From positions 6,866 to 56,675 of the forward strand of contig CAZKRG010000002.1 in NCBI GenBank assembly GCA_964555255.1: a stretch of DNA of 49,810 bases, given 5' to 3'. Positions within the stretch are counted from its first letter, which is position 1. Each line of letters opens with the position of its first letter. Source of the DNA: an uncultured Candidatus Saccharibacteria bacterium. GTDB taxonomy: Bacteria > Patescibacteriota > Minisyncoccia > UBA6257 > 2-01-FULL-56-20. Below the pieces are notes generated by a model, which had not been told where the DNA came from, did not search any database, and worked only from the letters and a program-made list of their open reading frames with translations. Positions 1 through 8,791 of this stretch are shown one piece after another. The translations under genes and the position numbers were made by a program.

Positions 1-459
1 TTTTCGGATATAACTCGCCGGAAATGCTCGTTGAAAACCGTAAACATAGCATCTTATACGTATCCTCCTGCAGTTTTTCTGTCTACCCCTTGTTGGTATA
101 CAAAACGAACTGTTACACCGTTCTCTTCGAAAAAACATCATCCCGAGATATGGTCAATCGTGTTTCTCGCAAGGCGGCCAGCGTGTACCATGAAGATTAC
201 TCCGATTTCTTTTCTTCCCACCAATTCTCGGATCGTCTTTATGCCGGGGCGATTTAAAGAACCAACTAAGCGTTAATTTCAAAACTGTGTCCGAATATGT
301 CCGGAGGCTCTCTTATGCGGGATTGGCGTTAAAGCGTTCCGAAGGAGCTCCCGCGATATGCGCTTTCTTCGCAAGATGTTGCTATTCTTACTTAAGTTCT
401 TGAGAACATTGGAATAGAGAGTGGCTCGCGAGAGCTACATTGACTCTCCCTACCTCTAA

Positions 460-984
460 ATGTATGATGGAGCGGCCATCACTATTCCTCGCATCAACAG
501 TAAAATCATTGCGCCCCAGCTCCTAGTAATAGGCCCTGACGGTGCGAATCTCGGCATTCTTACGCGAGATGAGGCCTTGAAGCTCATACGACCCGCGGAA
601 GGGATTGATCTCATCGAGATCGCGCCGACTGCACAGCCTCCCGTAGCACGACTCATGAGTTTTGATAAATACCGCTACGAAGCCGAGAAACGGGAGAAGA
701 AAGAGCGCCAGACACGTACGAAGACTGCTCTTAAGCAGGTACAGATCAGCGCACGCGCGGCGCATAATGATCTCCTTATCAAAGCGCGGCAGGCAGATAA
801 ATTTCTCGGAGAAGGACATCAGGTAGAAGTGCAAATGCGGCTCCGGGGACGGGAGAAAAACAATAAAGATTGGGCGTTCGAGAAACTTAACGAATTTCTT
901 TCTCTTATCACGATGGAGTATAAAAAGATTGATGAGCCGCGGTTTGGAGGGAGAGGCATGGGTCTCCATATCATCAAAAAGTAA
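460..984 (+). CDS. infC: translation initiation factor IF-3
   Basis: 174-aa ORF with IF-3 sequence (RINSKIIAPQLLVIGPDGANLGILTRDEAL; GIDLIEIAPTAQPPVARLMSFDKYRYE). It heads the conserved infC-rpmI-rplT order. The real start may be the in-frame ATT at 484 (GGAG at 469-472). Confidence 0.9.
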   Translation: MYDGAAITIPRINSKIIAPQLLVIGPDGANLGILTRDEALKLIRPAEGIDLIEIAPTAQPPVARLMSFDKYRYEAEKREKKERQTRTKTALKQVQISARAAHNDLLIKARQADKFLGEGHQVEVQMRLRGREKNNKDWAFEKLNEFLSLITMEYKKIDEPRFGGRGMGLHIIKK

Positions 985-1011
985 TTTAATCATAGTGGCA
1001 GACATGTATTC

Positions 1012-1203
1012 ATGACATTCATGAACACTGCAAAAACAAATAAAAGTCTCTCGAAACGCATCACTATCACGCGCCGCGGGAAACTTATGCGACGGCCGAT
1101 GTCAGTAGACCATTTTCGCACCCGCCAGACCACGAAAAATATCCGAGGCAAGCGGAAAGCGAGGTCACTTGACTATCCCCGCAAAGTGATTATTAATTAC
1201 TAA
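1012..1203 (+). CDS. rpmI: 50S ribosomal protein L35
   Basis: Small, very basic ORF (KSLSKRITITRRGKLMRR...) lying between infC and rplT. An alternative ATG is at 1021. Confidence 0.85.
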   Translation: MTFMNTAKTNKSLSKRITITRRGKLMRRPMSVDHFRTRQTTKNIRGKRKARSLDYPRKVIINY

Positions 1204-1306
1204 TCATTACTAATCATTGGTTATCTATTTTCATACTACGAGTCTCCGTAGAATTCACGTTTTCCGCCACGGGGCAAGCAAACTAAGTATTTGAATTATT
1301 TATATT

Positions 1307-1651
1307 ATGCCTAGAGTTAAGAGGGGGGTACATGCTCATAAAAGACGGGAGAGAACCCTTAAATATACCAAAGGTTTTCGTTGGGGGCGTAAGTCTAAGG
1401 AGCGCGCGGCAAAGGAGGCGCTTCTTCATGCTTGGACACACGCCTTCCGCGGAAGGAAGGAGAAAAAGCGCGATTTTCGGGCACTTTGGAATGTTCGCAT
1501 CAATGCTGCCGCACGAACCCAAGGAATCTCCTACAGCCGCGTTCTTTCCGGACTTCGCATAAAGAATGTGAAACTTAACCGTAAGATTCTTTCCGAACTT
1601 GCACAATATGAATCCGCAGTGTTCCAAAAAATAGCGGCACTTGCAAAATAA
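1307..1651 (+). CDS. rplT: 50S ribosomal protein L20
   Basis: Canonical L20 N-terminus MPRVKRGVHAHKRRERTLKYTKGFRWGRK; 114 aa; third gene of the operon. Confidence 0.95.
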   Translation: MPRVKRGVHAHKRRERTLKYTKGFRWGRKSKERAAKEALLHAWTHAFRGRKEKKRDFRALWNVRINAAARTQGISYSRVLSGLRIKNVKLNRKILSELAQYESAVFQKIAALAK

Positions 1652-1784
1652 AAATAAGCTACTCTGCACTAAAAATGAGGGGTATCTAGTTTAACCCCTT
1701 GGTTCGGACGGAATTCGAACCATCTCAATACAACAAAGGTTTTGTCCTCATTTTCCTCCTTCTCCCCTTACTCCTCAGGGGAGT

Positions 1785-2288
1785 TTAATTTTCACCGTTG
1801 TTTATTTCTTGCCTCCCTGGTGAAAGGTGAAGTTTTGTGGCGTGCACTCTCGACTCTTCACGCTTATGCCGGAGAAATTCGTATGCCTGCCGCAGAACCC
1901 GCTGACTATCGCGGTATCTCCCCAAAATCTTTTTGGCTTCCCGATACAAAAACCATCCGTATCCCTGGTGCTCCGAAGAAATATCTATCTTCTCCTCATC
2001 TGTTTCCGCAAGGTAAAAAATCACAATTTTAAAAACCGGCTGCCCGCTTCTCCGGAAGGTAAACCGCTCATATACCTTAAAATTCTCCATCAGCCGGAGA
2101 TCTTTGGTACCCAAGCCTGTTTCCTCGCGCGTTTCTCGGAAGGCGGCGGCTAAGCTACGCTCTTCGGACTCAATCTTCCCTTTCGCGAAGTTCCAATAAT
2201 CATGCCCGTGATAGAGGATTAAAAATTTCGGACCTTCTTTGGTTTTGCGATATATAATAATTCCCGCGGAAATTTCTCTTTTCATCAT
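1785..2288 (-). CDS. NUDIX hydrolase
   Basis: Nudix box GKIESEERSLAAAFRETREETGL fits GX5EX7REUXEEXGU; 167 aa. Confidence 0.85.
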   Translation of the reverse strand: MMKREISAGIIIYRKTKEGPKFLILYHGHDYWNFAKGKIESEERSLAAAFRETREETGLGTKDLRLMENFKVYERFTFRRSGQPVFKIVIFYLAETDEEKIDISSEHQGYGWFLYREAKKILGRYRDSQRVLRQAYEFLRHKREESRVHATKLHLSPGRQEINNGEN

Positions 2289-2486
2289 TTTTCCCCCGAG
2301 ACTACGGCATTAATTATCGTCTCGATCCGATTTCCTCGGGGCACCCTCTTTAACTTGTAATACATCTCCTCTGGGAGATTTCTTTCCTCTACTATATCAC
2401 GTTTCTCTGAATGGTGCGTGAACCACCGGCAGCGAGAGAATTCTCTTTAAATCGAACTTGTATTAATATAAGTTTACTAGGAGAAG

Positions 2487-3107
2487 ATGAAGAAATTATT
2501 CTTAACTTCGAGCGTAGGTACGGTCGCTTCGGATATTGCTAAAAAGATTGGTAAGAGGGGCCTGAGACTTCTATGCGTTATCACTGCTTCTGAAATAAAG
2601 GAGGGAAACTTGAAATGGCTCGAGAGGGACAAGAAAGCTTTAAAAAAAGGAGGGTTTAAGGTTGAAGAGTATACCTTTACAGGGAAAACCCGTGAAGAGA
2701 TACGAGAAAAACTTACCGATGTTGATGTTTTGTATATGTCTGGCGGTAATGTTTTTTATTTGCTTCAGCAGATTCAGCAAACGAAATGTGCAGATCTGAT
2801 ATGCGATTTTGTAGAGAGGGGAAAAATTTATATTGGCACGAGTGCAGGATCCATTGTCGCTGGTCCAGATACTTATCCGGTATACCGCTTGGACAATGCT
2901 AAACAAGCTCCCAAGCTCAAGGGATACAAAGGTTTGGGTTTAATTGACGTCGTGATATTTCCGCACTGGGGAAGTGCTCATTTCAAGGCGCGCTACTTAC
3001 ATCAGAGACTAGAACACGCTTTCAACTTGAAAAATAAAATTATTTTGCTTACAGACAAACAATATTTAATGGTTGTAGGTGATACGTACAAGATTTTTGA
3101 AGTTTAA
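2487..3107 (+). CDS. peptidase S51 (dipeptidase E-like)
   Basis: 206 aa with the GGNVFYLL and GTSAGS (nucleophile Ser) motifs typical of the peptidase E family. Confidence 0.75.
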   Translation: MKKLFLTSSVGTVASDIAKKIGKRGLRLLCVITASEIKEGNLKWLERDKKALKKGGFKVEEYTFTGKTREEIREKLTDVDVLYMSGGNVFYLLQQIQQTKCADLICDFVERGKIYIGTSAGSIVAGPDTYPVYRLDNAKQAPKLKGYKGLGLIDVVIFPHWGSAHFKARYLHQRLEHAFNLKNKIILLTDKQYLMVVGDTYKIFEV

Positions 3108-3122
3108 ACCTTTATCCTTTCA

Positions 3123-4862
3123 CTAAGACTTTAGCAACTTCAGCATTTTCTCCAGTGGCCAAGCATTTATAATATCTCCTTTTTCTGCCCATCCCCTTCT
3201 CGCCTGCGCAATGCCATCTTCTAAGAATGCAAAATGGGAAGGAGCGTGCGCGTCGGAATCAATCGAGAGCTTTACTCCCGCGTCTACACATTGGCGTACG
3301 TGGTCGGCGCTCAAATCCAGCCGCTCAAAGGAATCAACTTCAAGCACCGTGCCGGCATCTTTCGCAGTCCTGATTACTTTTGCCATATCCACTGCGTACG
3401 GCGCGCGCCGGCCCACGATCCTGCCGGTGGGGTGGAATAAGATATCCACGTGAGGATTGCGGATTGCCCGAATAATACGCGCGGTTTGCTCTTCCTCAGG
3501 GAGGTTGAAATACGAATGTACCGATACTCCCACCACGTCTAATTGTTTCAGAATCGAATCCGGCAAATCCAACGACCCATCTTTTAAAATGTCGCACTCC
3601 GTGCCTTTGAGTACACGGATTACGTCGCCGAGTTTTTTATTCACTGCGTCAATTTCTTTCCACTGCGCTTTGATCCGTTTCTCATCCAACCCGTGCATCA
3701 TTGCGAGGCGCTTCGTGTGATCCGTGATCGCAATATACTTCAGCCCCCGTGCTGCTGCTCCCCGCGCCATTTCTTCTATGGAATTTCGGCCATCGGTCCA
3801 GGTGCTATGCATCTGCAAATCTCCTTGGAGCGCCCCATATTCTATAAGTTTGGGAAGCGTATGCGCCGCCGCAGCTTCTACCTCGCCGGTATTTTCGCGC
3901 AACTCGGGTTCAATATAGTCCATTCCGAAGGCAGCGTAGAGTTCTTCCTCTGACTTCCCTGCAACCATTTGCTCCTTGCCACGCACCATGCGCCACAATC
4001 CGTACTCATTAAGCTTCCATTTCTTCTTCAACGCCAACTGGCGGAGCGCTACATTATGATCCTTCGAGCCGGTGAAGTAATTCAGCGCCGCGCCGTAGGA
4101 CTCTGCGGGCACAACCCGCAAATCCGCATCAAGCCCCCACGCAAGCCGCACGGAAGACTTTGTTGCACCATGGGCATGCACTTGAGCCACGCTCGGCATT
4201 GAGACAAAAAAATCCATAACTTCCTTCGGTTTTTCGGCTGTCGCCAAAATATCAATATCTCCCACCGTTTCCTTGCGCCGCCGCACCGAACCCGCTACCA
4301 CACACCGCTCTACCTCCTTGCAATCCCGCAATCGCATTTCCAGCTCGCGAGCGAGGGGCATTACCATGCCAAGAGAAAAACGCCCTATGGAAGTTTTTTG
4401 AAACTCAATACCTTTCAAAATATTCTCTTCTATTCTTCTGCCAAATCCCCGTACCTCACGAAGCTTCCCTTGGCGCACTGCAACCTCTAGTTCATCGCGA
4501 TTTCGTATTGTTAGTTCCTTGTACAACTTCAGGATAGTCTTCGGCCCCATTCCTTCTATTTCCGCGAAAGATTTGATGTCTACGGGCACTTTCTTCTTCA
4601 ATTCTTCGTGATAGGCAACTTTCCCCGTTCTTAATAATTCCTCAATCTTCCCAGCGATGGAAATTCCCACTCCTGGGATTTCTTCAACCGCTCTCACACC
4701 TCCTTCTCTATAGAGTTCTACGAGGGGTTTCGTCATAGATTCAACAGAAACTGCGGCTTTCTCATATGCTCGCGGTTTAAACGGCACCTCTTGCATTTCA
4801 AGGAAAAGCGCGATTTCTCGTAACACTCGCGCCACATCTGTATTTTGTACTTCGGATATCAT
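3123..4862 (-). CDS. polX: family X DNA polymerase with C-terminal PHP domain
   Basis: 579 aa. It has N-terminal HhH motifs (GVGISIAGKIEELL, GMGPKTILKLY), a nucleotidyltransferase motif (GSVRRRKETVGDIDIL) and PHP metal motifs (HSTWTDG, ITDHT, DSDAH). Confidence 0.9.
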   Translation of the reverse strand: MISEVQNTDVARVLREIALFLEMQEVPFKPRAYEKAAVSVESMTKPLVELYREGGVRAVEEIPGVGISIAGKIEELLRTGKVAYHEELKKKVPVDIKSFAEIEGMGPKTILKLYKELTIRNRDELEVAVRQGKLREVRGFGRRIEENILKGIEFQKTSIGRFSLGMVMPLARELEMRLRDCKEVERCVVAGSVRRRKETVGDIDILATAEKPKEVMDFFVSMPSVAQVHAHGATKSSVRLAWGLDADLRVVPAESYGAALNYFTGSKDHNVALRQLALKKKWKLNEYGLWRMVRGKEQMVAGKSEEELYAAFGMDYIEPELRENTGEVEAAAAHTLPKLIEYGALQGDLQMHSTWTDGRNSIEEMARGAAARGLKYIAITDHTKRLAMMHGLDEKRIKAQWKEIDAVNKKLGDVIRVLKGTECDILKDGSLDLPDSILKQLDVVGVSVHSYFNLPEEEQTARIIRAIRNPHVDILFHPTGRIVGRRAPYAVDMAKVIRTAKDAGTVLEVDSFERLDLSADHVRQCVDAGVKLSIDSDAHAPSHFAFLEDGIAQARRGWAEKGDIINAWPLEKMLKLLKS

Positions 4863-4983
4863 GACTAAAAAATACGTTCATCCATACTCGACGAGTTTCC
4901 ATAGCTCCTCCTTTGGAACGGGGGCCGCGATGACAAGATCGGGGCAAATTAGAATGTGCGCTCGACTTGCTCTCATACTCCCA

Positions 4984-7497
4984 TTATATCTTCCCATCCG
5001 ATATAAATTGAAAAATGTTCCCTTCTGCACGCAGAGTAACCGTGTTGCCTCTCGCCATCTTTTTTTCTAAAATTTCCTTAGAAAGTGGCGCGCGAATTTT
5101 TTCCTCCAGCACTCGCCGCAAAGGCCTTGCGCCAAATTGAGGTTCATATCCTATCTTCGCGAGGAGTTCTATGGCGGAATCTTCTACGCGCAGCATAATA
5201 CCTTGAGTCTCGAGAATTTTCTCCAACTCTTTCACTTGCAACATGGCAATCTGTTGCAGTTCTTTAGGTCCTAGATCTTTGAATATAACAATCTTAGAGA
5301 AACGATTTATTAACTCTGGGCGGAACACATCCGTAAGTCGGCTTTTCAAATATTCTGCAATTTCCCCCATTGACTGGCCCTTCCGAAGCGCTTCGTTTAT
5401 AAGATCCGAATGTGCATTCGAAGTAGCAATAAGAACAGTATTTTCAAAACTCACCGTTCTCCCCAACGCATCCGTGAGCCGACCATCATCAAACACTTGG
5501 AGGAATAGATCCAATATGTTCGCGTGAGCTTTTTCAAATTCATCTAAGAGTACTACACAGTAGGGTTTCTCCCGGACCGCACGGGTGAGCGCTCCATCCA
5601 CCGTGCCATCCGAAGTACCAATAAATCGCCTGATACTCATGATTTCTTGATATTCTGTCATATCAAAGCGTATCATTGCTTTTTCAGAACCGAATTCCAC
5701 TTCTGCAAGCGTCTTTGCCAGTTCTGTTTTCCCTACTCCCGTGGGGCCCACGAAAAGGAAGGTGGCAATGGGGCCGCCTCTCCGCGCCAAGCCGCTTCGG
5801 TATTCTCGAAAAGCATCAGCTACCGCATGGACCGCTTCTTCTTGATCTATCATCCTCGCGTGGATAATCTCCTCGAGATGGAGTAACTTCTCTACCTCTT
5901 CCCCCTCCGCTTCGTGTATGGGGACATTTACCCGCGCTTCGAGCGCGTGAATGACTCCTTCATGCCGCAGTAATTTTTCTTTTCTCTGCTGCGCTGCTGC
6001 TACCGCACTCTTTAGAAGCTCTTCGGCACTCGTGGGTAACAATTTCTCATGCACATACTGTTTCGCAAGGCGCACGGCACTCTTAATCGCTCCGAACGTT
6101 ACTTTCACCCCATACTGTTGCTCCAAAAGCAGCGCGTCATATGTAAGAACTGTTATGGCTTCTTTCTCAGAAATTTCTTCCACTCGAATGGTTTCGAATA
6201 GGGCAGTGACGTCACTTCGCATCTCAATCGCCGCGGCATATTCGCGAGGATATGTGGTCCCTATTACAGGGAAAACATTGTCTCGAAGGATCGGGGTTAG
6301 GGCATCCGCCACCGAGAGGTATGCAGAGGAGGAGGTTTTTAAAAAATTGTGGATGTCGGGGAGATATAAGATAATGTTTCCGGCATCGATAATTTCGGTT
6401 ACCACACTTTGGAGGCGCGCGTGGAGTACTTCCGGCGGAGCTCCAGCCACAAGCTCTGTCACATTCAATCCCACCAAGCGCTTATCAAAAAGAGACTTTG
6501 GCACTTCGTCTTTAGTGAGACGCAGCGCAAGATGCCCCACGAGTGTTTCCTTTCCCGCCCCCGTTTCTCCTACAAGAAGTACGTTCGGATTTAACGGCCG
6601 CGCCAATATTTCTATAATGCGTTCCATTTCTGCATTGTGTCCCACGAGAAATCCCACCGACCCAAGTCGGGCAAGGTCTGTAAAGTCCGTACTATAGGCA
6701 TCAAGGGTGGGCGTGGGACGCGCAGTCCATGCCCGATTCATCACCCGATGGCGGCGGTCCCGCCGCATCCGAACCCCTCCTGGGGAGAAGGAAGTGAGCT
6801 TCCTCATCTTTTGCATGAGTTCTCCCGCAAGTACCGCCCCTTCAAGATCTGCAGCCTCAATTGAAAATATATTTAAAATTCTCTCAATATTTGGATCTTT
6901 TAAGACTGTGAACGCCCTTAGAATGTCTGTGGGTTCTATGAAGTCGTGCCTGGCTTCTTCGGCTTCCTTTAACGCTTCTACTACTACCACCTCCACTTGC
7001 TTTCGACGTTCTTCCCATGACATTCCTATTTCCCCCGCTGCTTCTTGTATCCTCTTCCCTACATCCTTTGGGGAAATTTCTAATCGCTCTAACCCTTCTT
7101 CTACGGCAGGGTTCTTCAGTACTTCTTGAAAAATTTCGAGGAGTACCTCGGTACGTTTGACTGCACTCCGCTCGAAGGCGCGCTCAAGGATCCCAAATGC
7201 GACCGATGAAACACACCAATGAACAGGTATGGGATTTTTGGTGAGACACTCTCGAATTTTTTTATCACCTCCTTTTGCATGTCGACTACGATCAATAAGA
7301 AACAACACCAGTAGTGCTCCTAGCGCCTGGAGCGAGTACCCCCCGGAAAGGATCAGTGTTATGGCAAGTCCTACGAGAAAGAGTAATGTAATATAGGCAA
7401 CAACCCGGACGGTAAATCGACCCACTCCTGACATCCGCAAGCGTGGATCATCAAAGATAAACTGCCTCTCTCGAATTTTAGAGAACGCGGATTCCAT
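4984..7497 (-). CDS. Clp/Hsp100-type double AAA+ ATPase with N-terminal transmembrane segment and degenerate first ATPase domain
   Basis: D2 is canonical (GPTGVGKTELAKTLA, VVLLDEFEKAH). D1 aligns to ClpB/ClpC but reads GETGAGKETL and ILYLPDIH. The start is set at ATG 7497 (MESAFSK); the longer TTG-initiated ORF to 7584 overlaps the upstream gene. A hydrophobic stretch (VVAYITLLFLVGLAITLILSGG) follows the start. Confidence 0.8.
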   Translation of the reverse strand: MESAFSKIRERQFIFDDPRLRMSGVGRFTVRVVAYITLLFLVGLAITLILSGGYSLQALGALLVLFLIDRSRHAKGGDKKIRECLTKNPIPVHWCVSSVAFGILERAFERSAVKRTEVLLEIFQEVLKNPAVEEGLERLEISPKDVGKRIQEAAGEIGMSWEERRKQVEVVVVEALKEAEEARHDFIEPTDILRAFTVLKDPNIERILNIFSIEAADLEGAVLAGELMQKMRKLTSFSPGGVRMRRDRRHRVMNRAWTARPTPTLDAYSTDFTDLARLGSVGFLVGHNAEMERIIEILARPLNPNVLLVGETGAGKETLVGHLALRLTKDEVPKSLFDKRLVGLNVTELVAGAPPEVLHARLQSVVTEIIDAGNIILYLPDIHNFLKTSSSAYLSVADALTPILRDNVFPVIGTTYPREYAAAIEMRSDVTALFETIRVEEISEKEAITVLTYDALLLEQQYGVKVTFGAIKSAVRLAKQYVHEKLLPTSAEELLKSAVAAAQQRKEKLLRHEGVIHALEARVNVPIHEAEGEEVEKLLHLEEIIHARMIDQEEAVHAVADAFREYRSGLARRGGPIATFLFVGPTGVGKTELAKTLAEVEFGSEKAMIRFDMTEYQEIMSIRRFIGTSDGTVDGALTRAVREKPYCVVLLDEFEKAHANILDLFLQVFDDGRLTDALGRTVSFENTVLIATSNAHSDLINEALRKGQSMGEIAEYLKSRLTDVFRPELINRFSKIVIFKDLGPKELQQIAMLQVKELEKILETQGIMLRVEDSAIELLAKIGYEPQFGARPLRRVLEEKIRAPLSKEILEKKMARGNTVTLRAEGNIFQFISDGKI

Positions 7498-7825
7498 AGA
7501 GAAGGAGTACGAAGGGGATAGCCCACCACACCACGAGCATGGCTGCCCACACACCACCCCACATAATGTACAGCACCACCCCAATTACTGCACGAATGCT
7601 CCGGAATATAATTCCTATAATCCTTCCCACGATGCTCCAATCTTGATAGAGAGGTTCGAAAAAATGGCGTACGGTAACCCCAAACGCAACCGTGCGATCC
7701 ATACTCTCAAGAGTAGAAACCAACCCATGCACCATCGCTCGCGTGCCATCTCCATACCAATGGCGCATAAACCCCTCTATGCGCAGCACCGCTCGGCGAA
7801 TAAGATACACAAGCGCGAAAGACAT
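7478..7825 (-). CDS. small membrane protein (hypothetical)
   Basis: 115-aa ORF with a hydrophobic C-terminal half (IGVVLYIMWGGVWAAMLVVWWAIPFVLLLYG). It overlaps the Clp-like gene start by 20 nt, suggesting co-transcription. No recognisable family. Confidence 0.45.
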   Translation of the reverse strand: MSFALVYLIRRAVLRIEGFMRHWYGDGTRAMVHGLVSTLESMDRTVAFGVTVRHFFEPLYQDWSIVGRIIGIIFRSIRAVIGVVLYIMWGGVWAAMLVVWWAIPFVLLLYGIRVL

Positions 7826-7867
7826 AGCATCATTCTACTCTAATTTTCAATTTTCAAGTATCCACTT

Positions 7868-8491
7868 TCAAAAAAGGATCCCTTGTGAATGTTTCTTATC
7901 TAAAAACGAGACTTGGATTGGGTCCATATCTTGGATGGCAACTTTCCCTGCGATAATTTCCGGCAAACGCGCAAAACTTTCCCGAAACTGTCGCATCACC
8001 TCTGGTGCCCGCAACGCAGCCGCAGGATGGAATTGTGGCACAACAACTCTTCCACTAGTGCGAAACGCTTTCCCTTGATCCCGCGTGATCTTTGCTGCGG
8101 GCAGAAAGTAATTCATAGAAAAGCGCCCGAGGGACACAATGAAGGGCGGGTCTATGATTTTAATTTGACATGTAAGATATGGCGCATATGCCGCAATTTC
8201 GTCCGGCATCGGATCGCGATTCTCCGGCGGCCGGCGCTTTACGATATTCGTGATATACACTTCTTCTTCCTTCCAGCCTATTGCCCGGATATTCTCGCGA
8301 AGAAGTTGCCCTCCCCTGCCCACAAACGGACGCTTTTGTACGTCTTCATTAAATCCCGGGGCTTCGCCGATGAAAAACACCTTGCAATCCGGATTGCCTT
8401 CACCGAAGACAAGATTGGTGTGGAGTGGGAGCAAAGTGTCCTTCTCCATCTCGGCTTTGAGCGCCTCGAGGGCCTCGCGTTTGGAACCCAT
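7868..8491 (-). CDS. uracil-DNA glycosylase, family 4
   Basis: Motifs GEGNPDCKVFFIGEAPG...RPFVGRGGQLL and HPAAALR are typical of family-4 UDG. Confidence 0.85.
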   Translation of the reverse strand: MGSKREALEALKAEMEKDTLLPLHTNLVFGEGNPDCKVFFIGEAPGFNEDVQKRPFVGRGGQLLRENIRAIGWKEEEVYITNIVKRRPPENRDPMPDEIAAYAPYLTCQIKIIDPPFIVSLGRFSMNYFLPAAKITRDQGKAFRTSGRVVVPQFHPAAALRAPEVMRQFRESFARLPEIIAGKVAIQDMDPIQVSFLDKKHSQGILF

Positions 8492-8791
8492 CTCACAAGT
8501 ATGCTTCGCGTCGCGTTTCCGACTCTTTTCTCGATCTCACAAGGCTTGCCGAGGAAGGTGTAGCTGTGCCTACTCCGACGAGGCATAACGAAGTGGAGCG
8601 GGAAAAGAGTGGAAACCTTCGGATACGTCCAATTACAGCAATTCCTTTGTCGCTCACACGTCGGAGCGCATCAAGCACACCTCGGTGTTCGCTTCGCGGA
8701 CTTACTGTAATTGGCCAGTATCGCGACATGAAGATACTTTTGAGATGGGTTCTCATGCGGCTATTGTAATCTCGCGGCGAGCTTAATTCAA

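Noticed and set aside
24-276. Two overlapping plus-strand ORFs (77 and 81 aa), plus a Cys/Arg-rich minus-strand frame open to the window start
   Set aside because: No family resemblance, odd composition, no RBS. The first ~459 nt are left unannotated rather than forcing a call.
1677-1721. T-loop-like GGAATTCGAACC sequence suggesting a tRNA between rplT and the NUDIX gene
   Set aside because: No cloverleaf can be drawn. The sequence forms two simple hairpins (GAGGGGT/ACCCCTT and GGTTCG/CGAACC), more consistent with weak terminators between convergent genes.
5951-6697. 248-aa plus-strand ORF. The same class covers 7913-8563, 11079-11825, 24043-24846 and 44727-45278.
   Set aside because: All lie antisense to genes with clear family signatures (Clp ATPase, UDG, permease/SLOG region, MOSC, Ala/Gly-rich membrane protein) and have skewed, motif-free translations.
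8493-8769. 87-aa minus and 67-aa plus ORFs in the EamA-UDG spacer
   Set aside because: Arg/Ser-rich, motif-free, mutually antisense. Treated as non-coding (see the finding on 8492-8791).
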